Assembly (NCBI GenBank): GCA_963703375.1
Contig: CAVPEF010000003.1
Coordinates: 5,762-69,761 of the forward strand
DNA length: 64,000 bases
Direction: 5' to 3'
Source: an uncultured beta proteobacterium
Lineage (GTDB): Bacteria; Pseudomonadota; Gammaproteobacteria; Burkholderiales; Burkholderiaceae_C
Below the pieces are notes generated by a model. The model did not search any database. It had not been told where the DNA came from and was given only the letters and a program-made list of their open reading frames with translations. Made by a program: the position numbers and the translations under genes. Shown piece after piece: positions 22,423 to 34,537 of the stretch (position 1 is the stretch's first letter; the number at the start of each line of letters is the position of its first letter).

Positions 22423-23280
22423 ATGAACCAGATCTGTGCCTGCATCGATGCCCTGCCCGCCGCCACTGCGGTGGTCGACTGGGCTGCATGGGCGGCGCGG
22501 CGGCTGAATGCGCCGCTGCAGGTGCTGCATGTGCTCGACGAGCCCGCCCCGATGCCGCCCGTGGGCGACTACAGCGGCGCGCTGGGCTTTGGCGCGCAGG
22601 AGCTGCTGCAGCAGCAGCTCAGCACCCTCGATGAGCAGCGCGGCACCATCGAGCGCGAGGCCGGCCGCCATCTGCTGCAAAGCGCGTGCGAGCGCGCCAG
22701 CGCCGCGGGCGTGCCGCAAGTCACCGAAGGCCTGCACTACGGCGACCTGGTCGACACGCTGCTGGGCCTGGAGGCCAGCACCCGGCTGGTGGTGCTGGGC
22801 GAGCACTACCGCGCCACCACGCCGCGCAGGATCTACCTCAGCCACCACGTCGAACGCGTGGTGCGCAGCATCAAGCGCCCGGTGCTCGTCGCCACGGTGT
22901 CGCCGTTCGCCGCGCCCGAGCGCTTCGTCCTGGCGTTCGATGGCAGCGCGACTGCGCGCAAGACGGTCGTCATGGTGGCGGCCAGCCCGCTGCTGCAGGG
23001 CCTGCCGGCGCTGGTGGCCATGGTGGGGCCCGACACGTCCGAGGCCCGCGAGCAGCTGCAGCAGGCGCAGGCGCAATTGCAGGCAGCGGGTTTCGCCGTG
23101 CAGGCCACGCTGCTGCAAGGCGACCCCGAACAGGCGCTGCCCGAGCTGCTGGCGACCCAGGGCAATGCGGTGCTGGTGATGGGCGCCTATGGGCACGCGC
23201 GCATCCGCCAGCTCATCGTCGGCAGCACCACGACGGCGCTGCTGCGCCTGAGCCCAGTGCCGGTGCTGGTGCTGCGCTAG
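22423..23280 (+). CDS. Universal stress protein (tandem Usp domains)
   Basis: ICACID, LQVLHVLD, FVLAFDGS, LVMGAYGHARIRQLIVGSTT; RBS AAGGAG. Confidence 0.92.
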   Translation: MNQICACIDALPAATAVVDWAAWAARRLNAPLQVLHVLDEPAPMPPVGDYSGALGFGAQELLQQQLSTLDEQRGTIEREAGRHLLQSACERASAAGVPQVTEGLHYGDLVDTLLGLEASTRLVVLGEHYRATTPRRIYLSHHVERVVRSIKRPVLVATVSPFAAPERFVLAFDGSATARKTVVMVAASPLLQGLPALVAMVGPDTSEAREQLQQAQAQLQAAGFAVQATLLQGDPEQALPELLATQGNAVLVMGAYGHARIRQLIVGSTTTALLRLSPVPVLVLR

Positions 23281-23324
23281 CGCAAGCCGTCCCGGCCGCG
23301 CCCATGCCGGTGTGGCGCTGGCCC

Positions 23325-23430
23325 TGGGCGACCCGCGTTGGCCAAGGCCACCTGCGGCAGCACCACGGCACCTCCACCCGCACGCCGACCACGGTGGCGA
23401 GCGCCGCGCTCGAGCTCAGACCGAACGGCC
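23325..23430 (-). pseudogene. Fragment of the C-terminus of an Acr3-type arsenite efflux permease
   Basis: FGLSSSAALATVVGVRVEVP then, after a frameshift, VVLPQVALAN; resembles the Acr3 motif FG..SGAALATVVGVLVEVPVML (recalled). Confidence 0.55.
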
Positions 23431-23441
23431 TTACCAGACAG

Positions 23442-24008
23442 TTATTGCGCGGCGCCAGCCAGCACGGTGACGGATGCAAAGCGCAGGTGGTGCATGAACT
23501 CGCGCAGGATCAGCAGCGTGGCGGCAAATTCCGAGGTGTCAGGCAGACCTTCGAGCGCGGCAGGCCGGCCCTCGGCCACTGCGGCAAAGCGTTCGAACAC
23601 CCGCTCCATGGCCTCGAGGGCCAGGACCATGCGCGCGCCCGGCGGCACGCCGGCCAGCACGGCCACCTCGCGCACCAGCGCATCGCCGCAAAACAGCGCG
23701 CAACCCGCCGGCAGCAGCGCCAGCGCGCGCACCACCTCGTCTTCGACGGTGGCGATGGCGTTCTCCAGCTCCAGCGGCCGGGGCGGGTGGTGCCGGAAGA
23801 AATCGTGCGCGGTTTTCTGCGCGCCCACCGCCAGGGCGAGGGATGCCGCGGGCTCTGCGCCCGTGCCGGCCACGACCACGCTGCCCTGCGCGCCAATGTG
23901 CAGCACCGCCGCGGGCGCCCCCGCCGCCATGCCGCCGCGGACGGTGCGGTAGCACGCCCGGGCACGATCTTCACTGTCGGGCGACCCCGGCACAGGAAAC
24001 GCGCTCAT
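23442..24008 (-). CDS. Hypothetical protein resembling one lobe of Ppx/GppA (ASKHA fold)
   Basis: VLHIGAQGS, LAVGAQK, FFRHHPP..LELENAIATVEDEV, ATLLILREFMHHLRF; ATGA overlap with the upstream gene. Confidence 0.65.
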   Translation of the reverse strand: MSAFPVPGSPDSEDRARACYRTVRGGMAAGAPAAVLHIGAQGSVVVAGTGAEPAASLALAVGAQKTAHDFFRHHPPRPLELENAIATVEDEVVRALALLPAGCALFCGDALVREVAVLAGVPPGARMVLALEAMERVFERFAAVAEGRPAALEGLPDTSEFAATLLILREFMHHLRFASVTVLAGAAQ

Positions 24009-25486
24009 GGCGCGCGCACCTGCTCGAAGTCAATGAAGCCGCGCTCCACGTTGGTGCCCACCAGCTTCACGCGGATTCTTTGCCCGACATCGAGCAGCGG
24101 TTCGCCGGCCACCAGCAGGCCTTCGGCCGGTGGCGCCAGGGTGCGCACCCAGGTGGCGCTGTCGGTGCGGCCGGTGACGATGGCGTCGAACTGCTGGCCC
24201 ATGAAGGGCTGCAGGTACAGCGCTGCCTCGGACTTGCGCACACTGCGCTCGACCTTTTGCGCCGCGTCTTCCTGGCGCGTGCAGTGCACCGCCAGCGCCT
24301 CCAGCTCGGCCACGCCATAGGGCGGCTGCACCCCCGAAAGCAGGGCCTTGACCATGCGCAGGCTGATCAGATCGGGGTAGCGGCGGTTCGGCGCGGTGGA
24401 GTGCGTGTAGTCGCGCACCGCCAGGCCGAAGTGGCCAATGGGCGCGCCGTGCGGCTGCTCGACCACGTATTCGCCCGAGCCCATGAGCTTGATGATGACC
24501 AGCGACAGGTCGGGAAAGCGCAGCGGGTCGGCCTTGCGCTGGCGTGCCAGAAAGGCTTCGAGCGCCTGCGAGTCGGGCGTTTTCGGCAGGTTTTCGCCGT
24601 ACTTGCGCGCCACCTCGACGATGCGCAACCAGCGCTCGGGCGAGCGCACGACGCGGCGCAGCGCGGCGCCGCCATGGTGCGCGAGGAACTGCGCCGTGCA
24701 GGTGTTGGTGGCGATCATGAACTCCTCGATGAGCTGGCGCGCGCGGTTGTGCGCCTGCTGGCGCAGGTCCACCACGCGGTCGCCCTCGAACACCGCGCGC
24801 GGCTGGAAGGTTTCCAGCTCCAGCGACCCTTGCGCGCGCCGGCGTGCCCGCATGGCCTGGGCCACGGCGTCCTGGGTGCGCAGCTGCGCGTCCATGCCGG
24901 GCACGGCGCGTGCGGCTGCGGGCAGCTCGCCCGCGCCCTCGATCCAGGCGGCCACGGCGTCGTAGGCCAGTTGGGCCTGGTTGCGCACCCGGGCGCGGTA
25001 CACCGCCGAATCGGTGACGGCACCTTCACCGTCCACCACCATTTCGGTCACGAGGGCCAGCCGGTCCTGGCCCGGGTTGAGCGAGGTCAGGTCGGTCGAC
25101 AGGCGCTCGGGCAGCATCGGGAACACCCGCGCCGAGGTGTAGACCGACGTGGTGTTGGTGTGTGCGTGCGCATCGAGTGGCGAGCCTTTGTGCACCAGCG
25201 CGTCGACATCGGCCACCGCGACCAGAATCTTCACGGCCCCGCCCGGCAGCGGCGCGCACGCAGTGAGCTGGTCGAGGTCGCGCGAGTCGTCGTTGTCGAT
25301 CGAGCACCAGGGCAGCGCCGTGAGGTCGCGGATCCGGGGGTCCGCGTCCCGGCCCGGCCCGCGCAGGGCCTGCAGCTGCTGCAGGGCGCCTGGCGGAAAT
25401 TCGGGCTCCAGGCCGCGCTCTGCCATGGCCCGGGTGGCAATGCGCACCAGATCGCTGCGGTGGTAGGTGGTGGTAGCGGTATCCAT
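24005..25486 (-). CDS. Short RNB-domain exoribonuclease (RNase II/R family)
   Basis: RDLT..WCSIDNDDSRDLDQ, VAVADV, FPMLPERLS, LIEEFMIATN, HFGLA..YTHSTAPNRRYPDL, C-terminal S1-like region. Confidence 0.92.
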   Translation of the reverse strand: MDTATTTYHRSDLVRIATRAMAERGLEPEFPPGALQQLQALRGPGRDADPRIRDLTALPWCSIDNDDSRDLDQLTACAPLPGGAVKILVAVADVDALVHKGSPLDAHAHTNTTSVYTSARVFPMLPERLSTDLTSLNPGQDRLALVTEMVVDGEGAVTDSAVYRARVRNQAQLAYDAVAAWIEGAGELPAAARAVPGMDAQLRTQDAVAQAMRARRRAQGSLELETFQPRAVFEGDRVVDLRQQAHNRARQLIEEFMIATNTCTAQFLAHHGGAALRRVVRSPERWLRIVEVARKYGENLPKTPDSQALEAFLARQRKADPLRFPDLSLVIIKLMGSGEYVVEQPHGAPIGHFGLAVRDYTHSTAPNRRYPDLISLRMVKALLSGVQPPYGVAELEALAVHCTRQEDAAQKVERSVRKSEAALYLQPFMGQQFDAIVTGRTDSATWVRTLAPPAEGLLVAGEPLLDVGQRIRVKLVGTNVERGFIDFEQVRAP

Positions 25487-25534
25487 GGCGGCATTCTGTT
25501 CCGCCGGCCGGGGCGGCGCAATGCCGCGGTGCAC

Positions 25535-26860
25535 TCAGGGGTCGGTGCGCAGGTAGCTCGCGTGGCGCGGCAGGCGCAGGCTGACCAGGAAGGCCACCAC
25601 CATCATGGCCGTGACGTACCAGTAGAAGCTCGATTCGTGGCCCAGCGACTTGAGCCCCAGCGCCACGTATTCGGCCGATCCGCCGAAGATCGCATTGGCG
25701 ATCGCGTACGCCAGCCCCACCCCCAGCGCGCGCACCTCGGGCGGAAACATCTCGGCCTTCACGATGCCGCTGATCGAGGTGTAGAAGCTCACGATGGCCA
25801 ATGCCAGCAGGATCAGCAAAAACGCGACGTACGGGTTGGCGACGTGCTGCAGCGCGGTCAGGATGGGCACGGTGGCCAGCGCGCCCAGGCTGCCGAACAG
25901 CATCATGCTGGTGCGCCGGCCAATGCGGTCGGACAGCGCGCCGAACAGCGGCTGCATGCACATGTAGAGGAACAGGCAGGCCGTCATCACGTAGCTGGCG
26001 GTCTTGATCGACATGCCGGCCGAGTTGACCAGGTACTTCTGCATGTAGGTCGTGAAGGTATAGAAGATCAGCGAGCCGCCGGCCGTGTAGCCCAGCACCG
26101 TGAGAAAGGCCGCACGGTGGTTGCGCAGCAGCCCGCGCACGCTGCCCGCCTCCGCGCTGGCGCGCGTCTGGGCGGTCGAGGTTTCCTTGAGGGTGCGCCG
26201 CAAAAACAGCGCTACCACGGCGGTGAGGGCGCCGATGACGAACGGAATGCGCCAGCCCCAGGCCTTCATTTCGGCCTCGCTGAGCCACTGCTGCAGCAGC
26301 ACGACCGTCAGCACCGCGAGCAGCTGTCCGCCGATCAGCGTGACGTACTGGAACGACGAGAAAAAGCCGCGCTGGCCGCTCAGCGCCACCTCGCTCATGT
26401 AGGTCGCGGTGGTGCCGTATTCACCCCCGACCGACAGCCCCTGCACCAGCCGCGCGAGCAGCAGCAAGGCCGGCGCCCAGGCGCCGATGCTGGCGTAGGT
26501 GGGCAAGGCGGCGATCAGCAGCGAACCGCCGCACATCATCAGCACCGACAGCACCATCGAGGTCTTGCGCCCGCGCCGGTCGGCAATGCGGCCAAAGATC
26601 CAGCCCCCGATGGGCCGCATCAGAAAGCCCGCTGCGAACACGCCCGCCGTGTTCAGCAGCTGCGCCGTGGGGTCGGATTTGGGAAAGAACGACGGCGCGA
26701 AATAGATGGCGCAGAAGGCATAGATGTAAAAGTCGAACCACTCGACCAGGTTGCCCGACGATGCCGCCACGATGGCAAAGACGCGCTTGCGCTTTTCCTC
26801 GTGCGTATAGCTGTGCAAGGGAGCCGATGCGGGTGTGGGGGTGGCGGGAACCGTTTTCAT
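25535..26860 (-). CDS. kgtP: MFS alpha-ketoglutarate permease
   Basis: [55 protein letters not shown]. Confidence 0.88.
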   Translation of the reverse strand: MKTVPATPTPASAPLHSYTHEEKRKRVFAIVAASSGNLVEWFDFYIYAFCAIYFAPSFFPKSDPTAQLLNTAGVFAAGFLMRPIGGWIFGRIADRRGRKTSMVLSVLMMCGGSLLIAALPTYASIGAWAPALLLLARLVQGLSVGGEYGTTATYMSEVALSGQRGFFSSFQYVTLIGGQLLAVLTVVLLQQWLSEAEMKAWGWRIPFVIGALTAVVALFLRRTLKETSTAQTRASAEAGSVRGLLRNHRAAFLTVLGYTAGGSLIFYTFTTYMQKYLVNSAGMSIKTASYVMTACLFLYMCMQPLFGALSDRIGRRTSMMLFGSLGALATVPILTALQHVANPYVAFLLILLALAIVSFYTSISGIVKAEMFPPEVRALGVGLAYAIANAIFGGSAEYVALGLKSLGHESSFYWYVTAMMVVAFLVSLRLPRHASYLRTDP

Positions 26861-27114
26861 GGCGTTTTCTTCCAAAAGCGACGGTGCCAAAACCTTAGCA
26901 CTTCCGGGCTTTTAGAGCGCATGGAGCCGCAAGTCCCTGCTTGGGGCGCGGTGCCTGCGGCGCTGCGGCCGTTTGTGGTCCGCCGCCTGACACGCGCTGC
27001 CAGCGGCGGCCTACAGCGAGGGCGCTGCGGCCGCGCCTACAGTGCAAGGCACATGTCAGTGGGTCGGCGCAGCCTGTTGCCCGGCCGCTGTCCGTTTATC
27101 CGAGGAATCACCTG

Positions 27115-27693
27115 ATGCGCATCCGCCCCTCCGTCCGTCGCAGCCCGTGGCTGCCTGCCGCTCTCGGTTTCGCTGCGTTGCTGTCGGTGCTGGCGCTGAG
27201 CGCCTGCGCGACCTCCACGCCCGCCGGTGTGCAGGTGGTCGATTTCGATGTGGACCGCTATGCCGGCCACTGGTACGAACTGGCGCGCATTGACCACCGC
27301 TTTGAAAAGGGCTTGGTGCGCACCGGCGCGCACTACAGCCGCAACGCCGACGGCACGATCGAGGTGGTCAACCGCGGCTTCGACCCCGCGCGCCAGCGCT
27401 GGAAGGAATCGGTGGGCAAGGCCCGCTTCACGGGCGAGCCGACGCAGGCCGCGCTCAAGGTGTCGTTCTTCGGCCCGTTTTATGGCGGCTACAACGTGGT
27501 GGCGCTCGACCCGCAGTACCGGTGGGCCATGGTGGTGGGCTCCAGCCTCGACTATTTCTGGATCCTCTCGCGCACCCCTACGCTGCCCGAAAACATCAAG
27601 AACCAGCTCTTGGCCCGCGCGCGCGCCCTCGGCGTGGACGAAAGCCGGGTGCATTGGGTGGAGCAGGATGGCGTGAACCCGACCGGGCTCTAG
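27115..27693 (+). CDS. blc: Outer-membrane lipoprotein lipocalin
   Basis: Lipobox LSAC, RYAGHWYELAR, LKVSFFGPFYGGY, WILSRTP. Confidence 0.9.
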   Translation: MRIRPSVRRSPWLPAALGFAALLSVLALSACATSTPAGVQVVDFDVDRYAGHWYELARIDHRFEKGLVRTGAHYSRNADGTIEVVNRGFDPARQRWKESVGKARFTGEPTQAALKVSFFGPFYGGYNVVALDPQYRWAMVVGSSLDYFWILSRTPTLPENIKNQLLARARALGVDESRVHWVEQDGVNPTGL

Positions 27694-27711
27694 GCTCCGC
27701 GCACGATCTTC

Positions 27712-27770
27712 AGCTCTTTTTTTGATAGCTACAAGCGCTTACCCCTACAGCGCTAGAGCCACTTTTCACT

Positions 27771-27775
<5 letters not shown>
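27712..27775 (+). repeat. Palindromic repeat copy 7 (between convergent blc and yejF)
   Basis: TTTGATAGCTACAAGCGCTTACCCCTACAGCGCTAGAGCCACTTTTCACTCTAAA. Confidence 0.85.
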
Positions 27776-29501
<1,726 letters not shown>

Positions 29502-29512
29502 GTAAGTTCCAT

Positions 29513-30634
29513 TCAACGCTCGGCTTTGCGCGGGTCGAGCGCATCGCGCAGCGCGTCGCCCATGAAGGTGAGCAGCAGCAGCGTGACCACCAGCACGGCA
29601 AAGGTGGACAGCGAGATCCACCAGGCGTCGATGTTGTTCTTGCCCTGGCTCAGCAGCTCGCCCAGGCTCGGTGTGCCGGGCGGCACGCCCAGGCCCAGGA
29701 AGTCGAGCGAGGTCAGCGCCAGGATCGCCGCGCTCATGCGGAATGGCAAGAAGGTGACCACGGGCGTCAAGCTGTTGGGCAGGATGTGGCGCCAGATGAT
29801 CTGGCCAGTTGCCCACGCCCAGCGCGCGCGCGGCCTTCACGTAGTCGAGCTGGCGGTTGCGCAAAAACTCGGCGCGCACGTAGTCCGACAGCCCCATCCA
29901 GCCGAACAGCGACAGCAGCACCAGCAGCAGCGCAATGCTCGGCGCCAGCACGGCGCTGAAGATGATCAGCAGGTACAGCTCGGGCATCGAGCCCCAGATT
30001 TCGATGAAGCGCTGGAACGCCAGGTCGGTCTTGCCGCCAAAGAAGCCCTGGATGGCGCCCGCCACCACGCCCAGCAGCACACCGGTCACCGTGAGCGCCA
30101 GCGCAAACAGCACGCTGACGCGAAAGCCATAGAGCAGCTGCGCCAGCAGGTCGCGCCCGCGGTCGTCCGTGCCGAGCCAGTTGCCGCGCGACGGCGCCGA
30201 CGGGTTCGGCGCCTGGGCAAAGTAGTTGAGCGTGTTCGGGCCGTAGGGATTGAGGGTGTAGACGCGCCCAGTTGCGGCCTTCGGTGATGCGCTCCTTGAT
30301 GAACGGATCGAGGTAGTCGGTGGGCGTCGCAAAGTCGCCGCCGAAGGTGGTCTCGGGATAGTCCTTGAGCATCGGGAAATAGGTCTGGCCCTCGTAGCGC
30401 ACCACCAGTGGACGGTCGTTGCTGACCAGCTCGGCGCCCAGGCTCAGCAGCACCAGCGCGCAAAAAGCGATCAGGCTCCAGTAGCCCAGGCGGTTGCGCC
30501 GGAAGCGCAGCCAGGCGCGGCGGCTGGGCGACAAGGACGGCGGCACCGCACCACCACAGCGCCATCGCCAGAGCCACCGCGGATCGGGCTTGGCCCGGCC
30601 GCCAGTGGCGCCCCCTCCGGGGGAAGGCGGCCAT
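29513..30634 (-). CDS. yejE: Peptide ABC transporter permease (frameshifted; start approximate)
   Basis: RFRRNRLGYWSL, YPETTFGGDF, WLGTDDRGRD, VRAEFLRNR, LDFLGLG; spread over three frames. Confidence 0.82.
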
Positions 30635-30649
30635 CGGCCGACTCAGGGG

Positions 30650-31682
30650 CTAATCAAACTTGACACGCGGGTCCACCCACACATAGCAAAGATCGGAAAT
30701 CAGCTTGGTGACCAGCCCGATCAGCGTGAACAGGTACAGCGTGCCCAGCACCACCGGGTAGTCGCGCCGGATCACGCTCTCGTAGCTCAGCAGGCCCAGG
30801 CCGTCGAGCGAGAACAGCGTCTCGATCAGCAGCGAGCCGGCGAAGAAGGCGCCGATGAAGGCCGCCGGAAAGCCGGTGATGATGGGAATCAGCGCGTTGC
30901 GGAACACATGCTTCCACAGCACCTGGCGCTCGGAGAGGCCCTTGGCGCGCGCGGTCAGCACGTACTGCTTGCGGATTTCTTCGAGGAACGCGTTCTTGGT
31001 CAGCATGGCCGTGACGGCGAAGCTGCCCAGCACCATGGCAATGATCGGCAGGGTGATGTGCCACAAATAGTCGACGATGCGCGCGCCCCACGAGAGTTCG
31101 TCCCAGTTGGCCGAGGTCAGGCCGCGCAGCGGAAACCACTGCAGCTGGCCGCCAAACACCACCAGCAGCGCCACGCCGAGCACAAAGCCCGGAATGGCAT
31201 AGCCGACCAGGATCAACAGCGTGGTCACCAGATCGAAGCGCGAGCCCGCGCGCACGGCCTTGGCCACGCCCAGCGGCACGGCCACGCAGGTAGCTGATGA
31301 AGAAGGTCCACAGTCCGAGGCTGATCGACACCGGCAGCTTCTCCCGGATCAGCTGCCAGACGTCCTTGTTCTGGAAAAAGCTGCGCCCCAGGTCGAAGCG
31401 CGCGAACTGGCTGAGCATCTGCACGAAGCGCTCGGGCGCGGGCTTGTCGAAGCCGTACAGCGCCTTGATCTGCGCAAGGCGCTGCGGGTCCACGCCCTGC
31501 GCGCCGCGGTAGCTCAGGCCCCCACCCTCGGCGCCGCCGCCGCCCGCCCCGGCCTTGGCCTCGGCCAGGTACTGCTCGACCGGGCCGCCGGGCACGAACT
31601 GCAGCACGACGAAGGTGAGCAGCAGCACGCCCAGCAGCGTGGGCAGCATCAGCAAAATCCGCTTGAGAATATAGGCAAACAT
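30650..31682 (-). CDS. yejB: Peptide ABC transporter permease (frameshift ~31290)
   Basis: [59 protein letters not shown]. Confidence 0.87.
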
Positions 31683-31683
31683 G

Positions 31684-31731
31684 GCTCAACCGCCCTGCCC
31701 GCTTGCGCTGGCAGCTATTGCATTGGGAGCA
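31684..31731 (-). repeat. Palindromic repeat copy 8 (degenerate; encodes the YejA C-terminus)
   Basis: Minus strand GCTCCCAATGCAATAGCTGCCAGCGCAAGCGGGCAGGGCGGTTGAGCC = APNAIAASASGQGG*. Confidence 0.55.
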
Positions 31732-33543
31732 CCTGGACCCGGTGGCAGCTTGGCCCACCAGACGTCTATGACCCAGGCTTCACCCGGCGAGTACGGCGGC
31801 GCGACGGCGGGCCGCACCAGGTGCCAGGCGTTGTACACCATGCGGTGCGTGGGCGCGGTCCACTGCGGGATCAGGTAGTGGCCGTGCGCAATCGCGCGGT
31901 CGAGCGCGTGGCAGGCGGGCAGCAGCTGGGCCTCGGTCTTGGCGGCGGTCATGGCGGTGATGAAGGCATCGACGGCCGGGCTCTTGACACCGGCGAAGTT
32001 GCCCGAGTCCTCGGTGTCGGCGGCTTTGCTGCCAAACAGGTCGGCAAACTCCTGGCCGGGGTTGTTGGTGCCGCCGTAGGCGATGCTGGTGATGTCGAAG
32101 TCGAACTTCTGCAGCCGCTGCTGGTACAGCGCGAAGTCGACCGAGCGAAAGCGCAGCGTGATGCCGAGCTTTTCGAGGTTGCGCATCCACGGCGCCACGG
32201 TGCGCACGCCGCCTTCGTTGCTGTCCATGTATTCGAGCACCAGCGCCTGGCCGGCGGCGTTGCGCAGCACGCCGTCCTGCACGCTCCAGCCGGCGTCCTT
32301 CAGCAGCTGCTGGGCGCGGCGCAGGTTGGCGCGCAGCGATGCGGGCGGGTCGGTACGTGGCGGCACGGTCATGGGGCCGAAGGCGGCAGCGGGCAGGTCC
32401 TTGCGCCAGGGCTCCATCAGCGCCAGCTCTTGCGGCGACGGCAGGCCCTGCGTCTCGCAGGCGGTGTTGCCGAACAGGCCGTTCACGCGCTGGTACGAGC
32501 CATAGAACATCTGCCGGTTCATCCATTCGAAATCGACCGCCAGGCCCAGGGCTTCGCGCACGCGCACGTCCTGCAAGAGCGGGCGGCGCGTGTTGAGCAC
32601 ATAGCTCTGGAAGCCCGAGGGCAGCTTGTGCTGGAACTCGCCCTTGACCAGTTCGCCGGTGTTGAACTTCTTGCCATTGACGCGCCGCGCCCAGTCGCCG
32701 GCGCTGAAAAACCGCATCAGGTCGAACTCGCCGGCCTTGAGCGCTTCGAGCCGCGCGGTCGCGTCCTTGTAGATCTTGACGGTGATGCGCTCGAAGTTGG
32801 CCGTGCCCACGCGCACGTTCAGGTCGCGTGCCCAGTAGTTCGGGTCGCGCACGTAGGTGATGTCCTTGCCGAAGCGCACCGGGCCGACACGATAGGGGCC
32901 GCTGCCGATCGGCTCGTCCATCACCACCTGGTCGAAGGGCTTGGCCTGGCCGCCCTCCATGCCCCAGTCGCGGCTGAACACGGGCAGGCCGCCGACGGTG
33001 AGCGGCAGTTCGCGGTTGGGCTTCTTGAAGCGGTAGCGCACGGTGCGCTCGTCCAGCACATCGACGCCGGCAACGTCGATCAGCAGCGTCTTGTAGGCCG
33101 GCGAGGTGTACGGGCCGACCAGCGTGTCGTAGCTGTATTTGACGTCCCTGCGCGAGCACCGGCTTGCCGTGGTGAAAGCGCGCCTCGGGCCGCAGGCGAA
33201 AGGTGGCCGAGAGGCCGTCGGCCGCCACGTCCACGTCTTCGGCCAGCAGGCCGTAGCCGGCGGCGGTCTCGTCGAGCGAGCCGGTGAGCAGCGAGTCGAA
33301 CATCAGCTGCGCGAGGTAGGCCGGCGCGCTGCCCTTGATGGTGAACGGGTTGTACTTGTCGAACGTCGAGGTGCGCAGGTTGCTCACCAGGCGCAGCTCG
33401 CCGCCCTTGGGGGCATTCGCGTTGACATAGTCGAAGTGCGCAAAACCCGCCGGGTACTTGGGCGTGCCCCACAGCGCATACGCATGCGCCGCCCAGACCG
33501 GAGCCGCCCCCCAACACAGCAGACAAATGAGCCAAAAACGCAT
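31686..33543 (-). CDS. yejA: Peptide ABC transporter substrate-binding protein (frameshift ~33150)
   Basis: PKYPAGFAHFDYVNANAPKGG, YGLLAE, PIGSGPY, DVRVREAL, SGNFAGV. Confidence 0.87.
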
Positions 33544-33647
33544 GCGACAATTCTGCCCTACCCGGCTGGGCTGCCCGGGCAGATGCGCTGGCAACGGGCG
33601 TCTTGGGGCGGCGCAGCGTCCCCAATACCCCCTCAGGAGAGCCTCAC

Positions 33648-34447
33648 ATGGGATTTCTTACCGGCAAGAAGCTGCTGATCACCGGCGTGCTGTCCAACCG
33701 CTCCATCGCCTACGGCATTGCCAAGGCCTGCCACGCGCAGGGCGCCGAGCTGGCCTTCAGCTACGTCGGCGAGCGCTTCAAGGAGCGCATCACCGAGCTT
33801 TGCCGCCGAATTCGACTCCAGCCTCGTGTTCGACTGCGACGTGGGCAGCGACGAACAGATCGAGCGCATGTTCCGCGACCTGTCGCAGACCTGGCCGAAG
33901 ATCGACGGCTTCGTGCACGCCATCGGCTTTGCCCCGCGCGAGGCGATTGCCGGCGACTTCCTCGAAGGCCTCTCGCGCGAAGCCTTCCGCATTGCCCACG
34001 ACATCAGCGCCTACAGCTTCCCGGCCATGGCCAAGGCGGCCCTGCCCTACCTCAACGACAAGTCGGCGCTGCTGACGCTGTCGTACCTGGGCGCGCTGCG
34101 CACCATCCCCAACTACAACACCATGGGCCTGGCCAAGGCCAGCCTGGAAGCCGAGCGTGCGCTACCTGGCCGAGTCGCTGGGCCCGCGCGGCATGCGCGT
34201 CAACGGCATCAGCGCCGGCCCGATCAAGACGCTGGCCGCCAGCGGCATCAAGGACTTCGGCAAGCTGCTGGGCATGGTGGCCGGCGCCTCGCCGCTGCGC
34301 CGCAACGTGACCATCGAAGACGTGGGCAACGTGGCCGCCTTCCTGCTGTCCGACCTGGCCAGCGGCGTGACGGCCGAGATCACCTATGTCGACGGCGGCT
34401 TCAGCCAGACCGCTGGCATCAGCGCCGGCAGCGACGCGCTGGCCTGA
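33648..34447 (+). CDS. fabI: Enoyl-ACP reductase (frameshifts ~33800 and ~34150)
   Basis: [54 protein letters not shown]. Confidence 0.93.
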
Positions 34448-34469
34448 GCGGCCTCTGCGCCTCTTTGAA

Positions 34470-34533
34470 AATTCCAGTCAAAAGTGGCTCCGGCGCTTAT
34501 GTATCAAGCGCTTGTAGCTATTAAAAACTGAGT
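34470..34533 (-). repeat. Palindromic repeat copy 9
   Basis: Minus strand TTTTTAATAGCTACAAGCGCTTGATACATAAGCGCCGGAGCCACTTTTGACTGGAA. Confidence 0.85.
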
Positions 34534-34537
34534 ATCC

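Noticed and set aside
23843-27115. 1090-aa plus-strand ORF and similar long ORFs (2433..4457, 4907..7408, 14527..17064, 35399..37999)
   Set aside because: Antisense shadows of well-supported minus-strand genes in high-GC DNA; no recognisable motifs.
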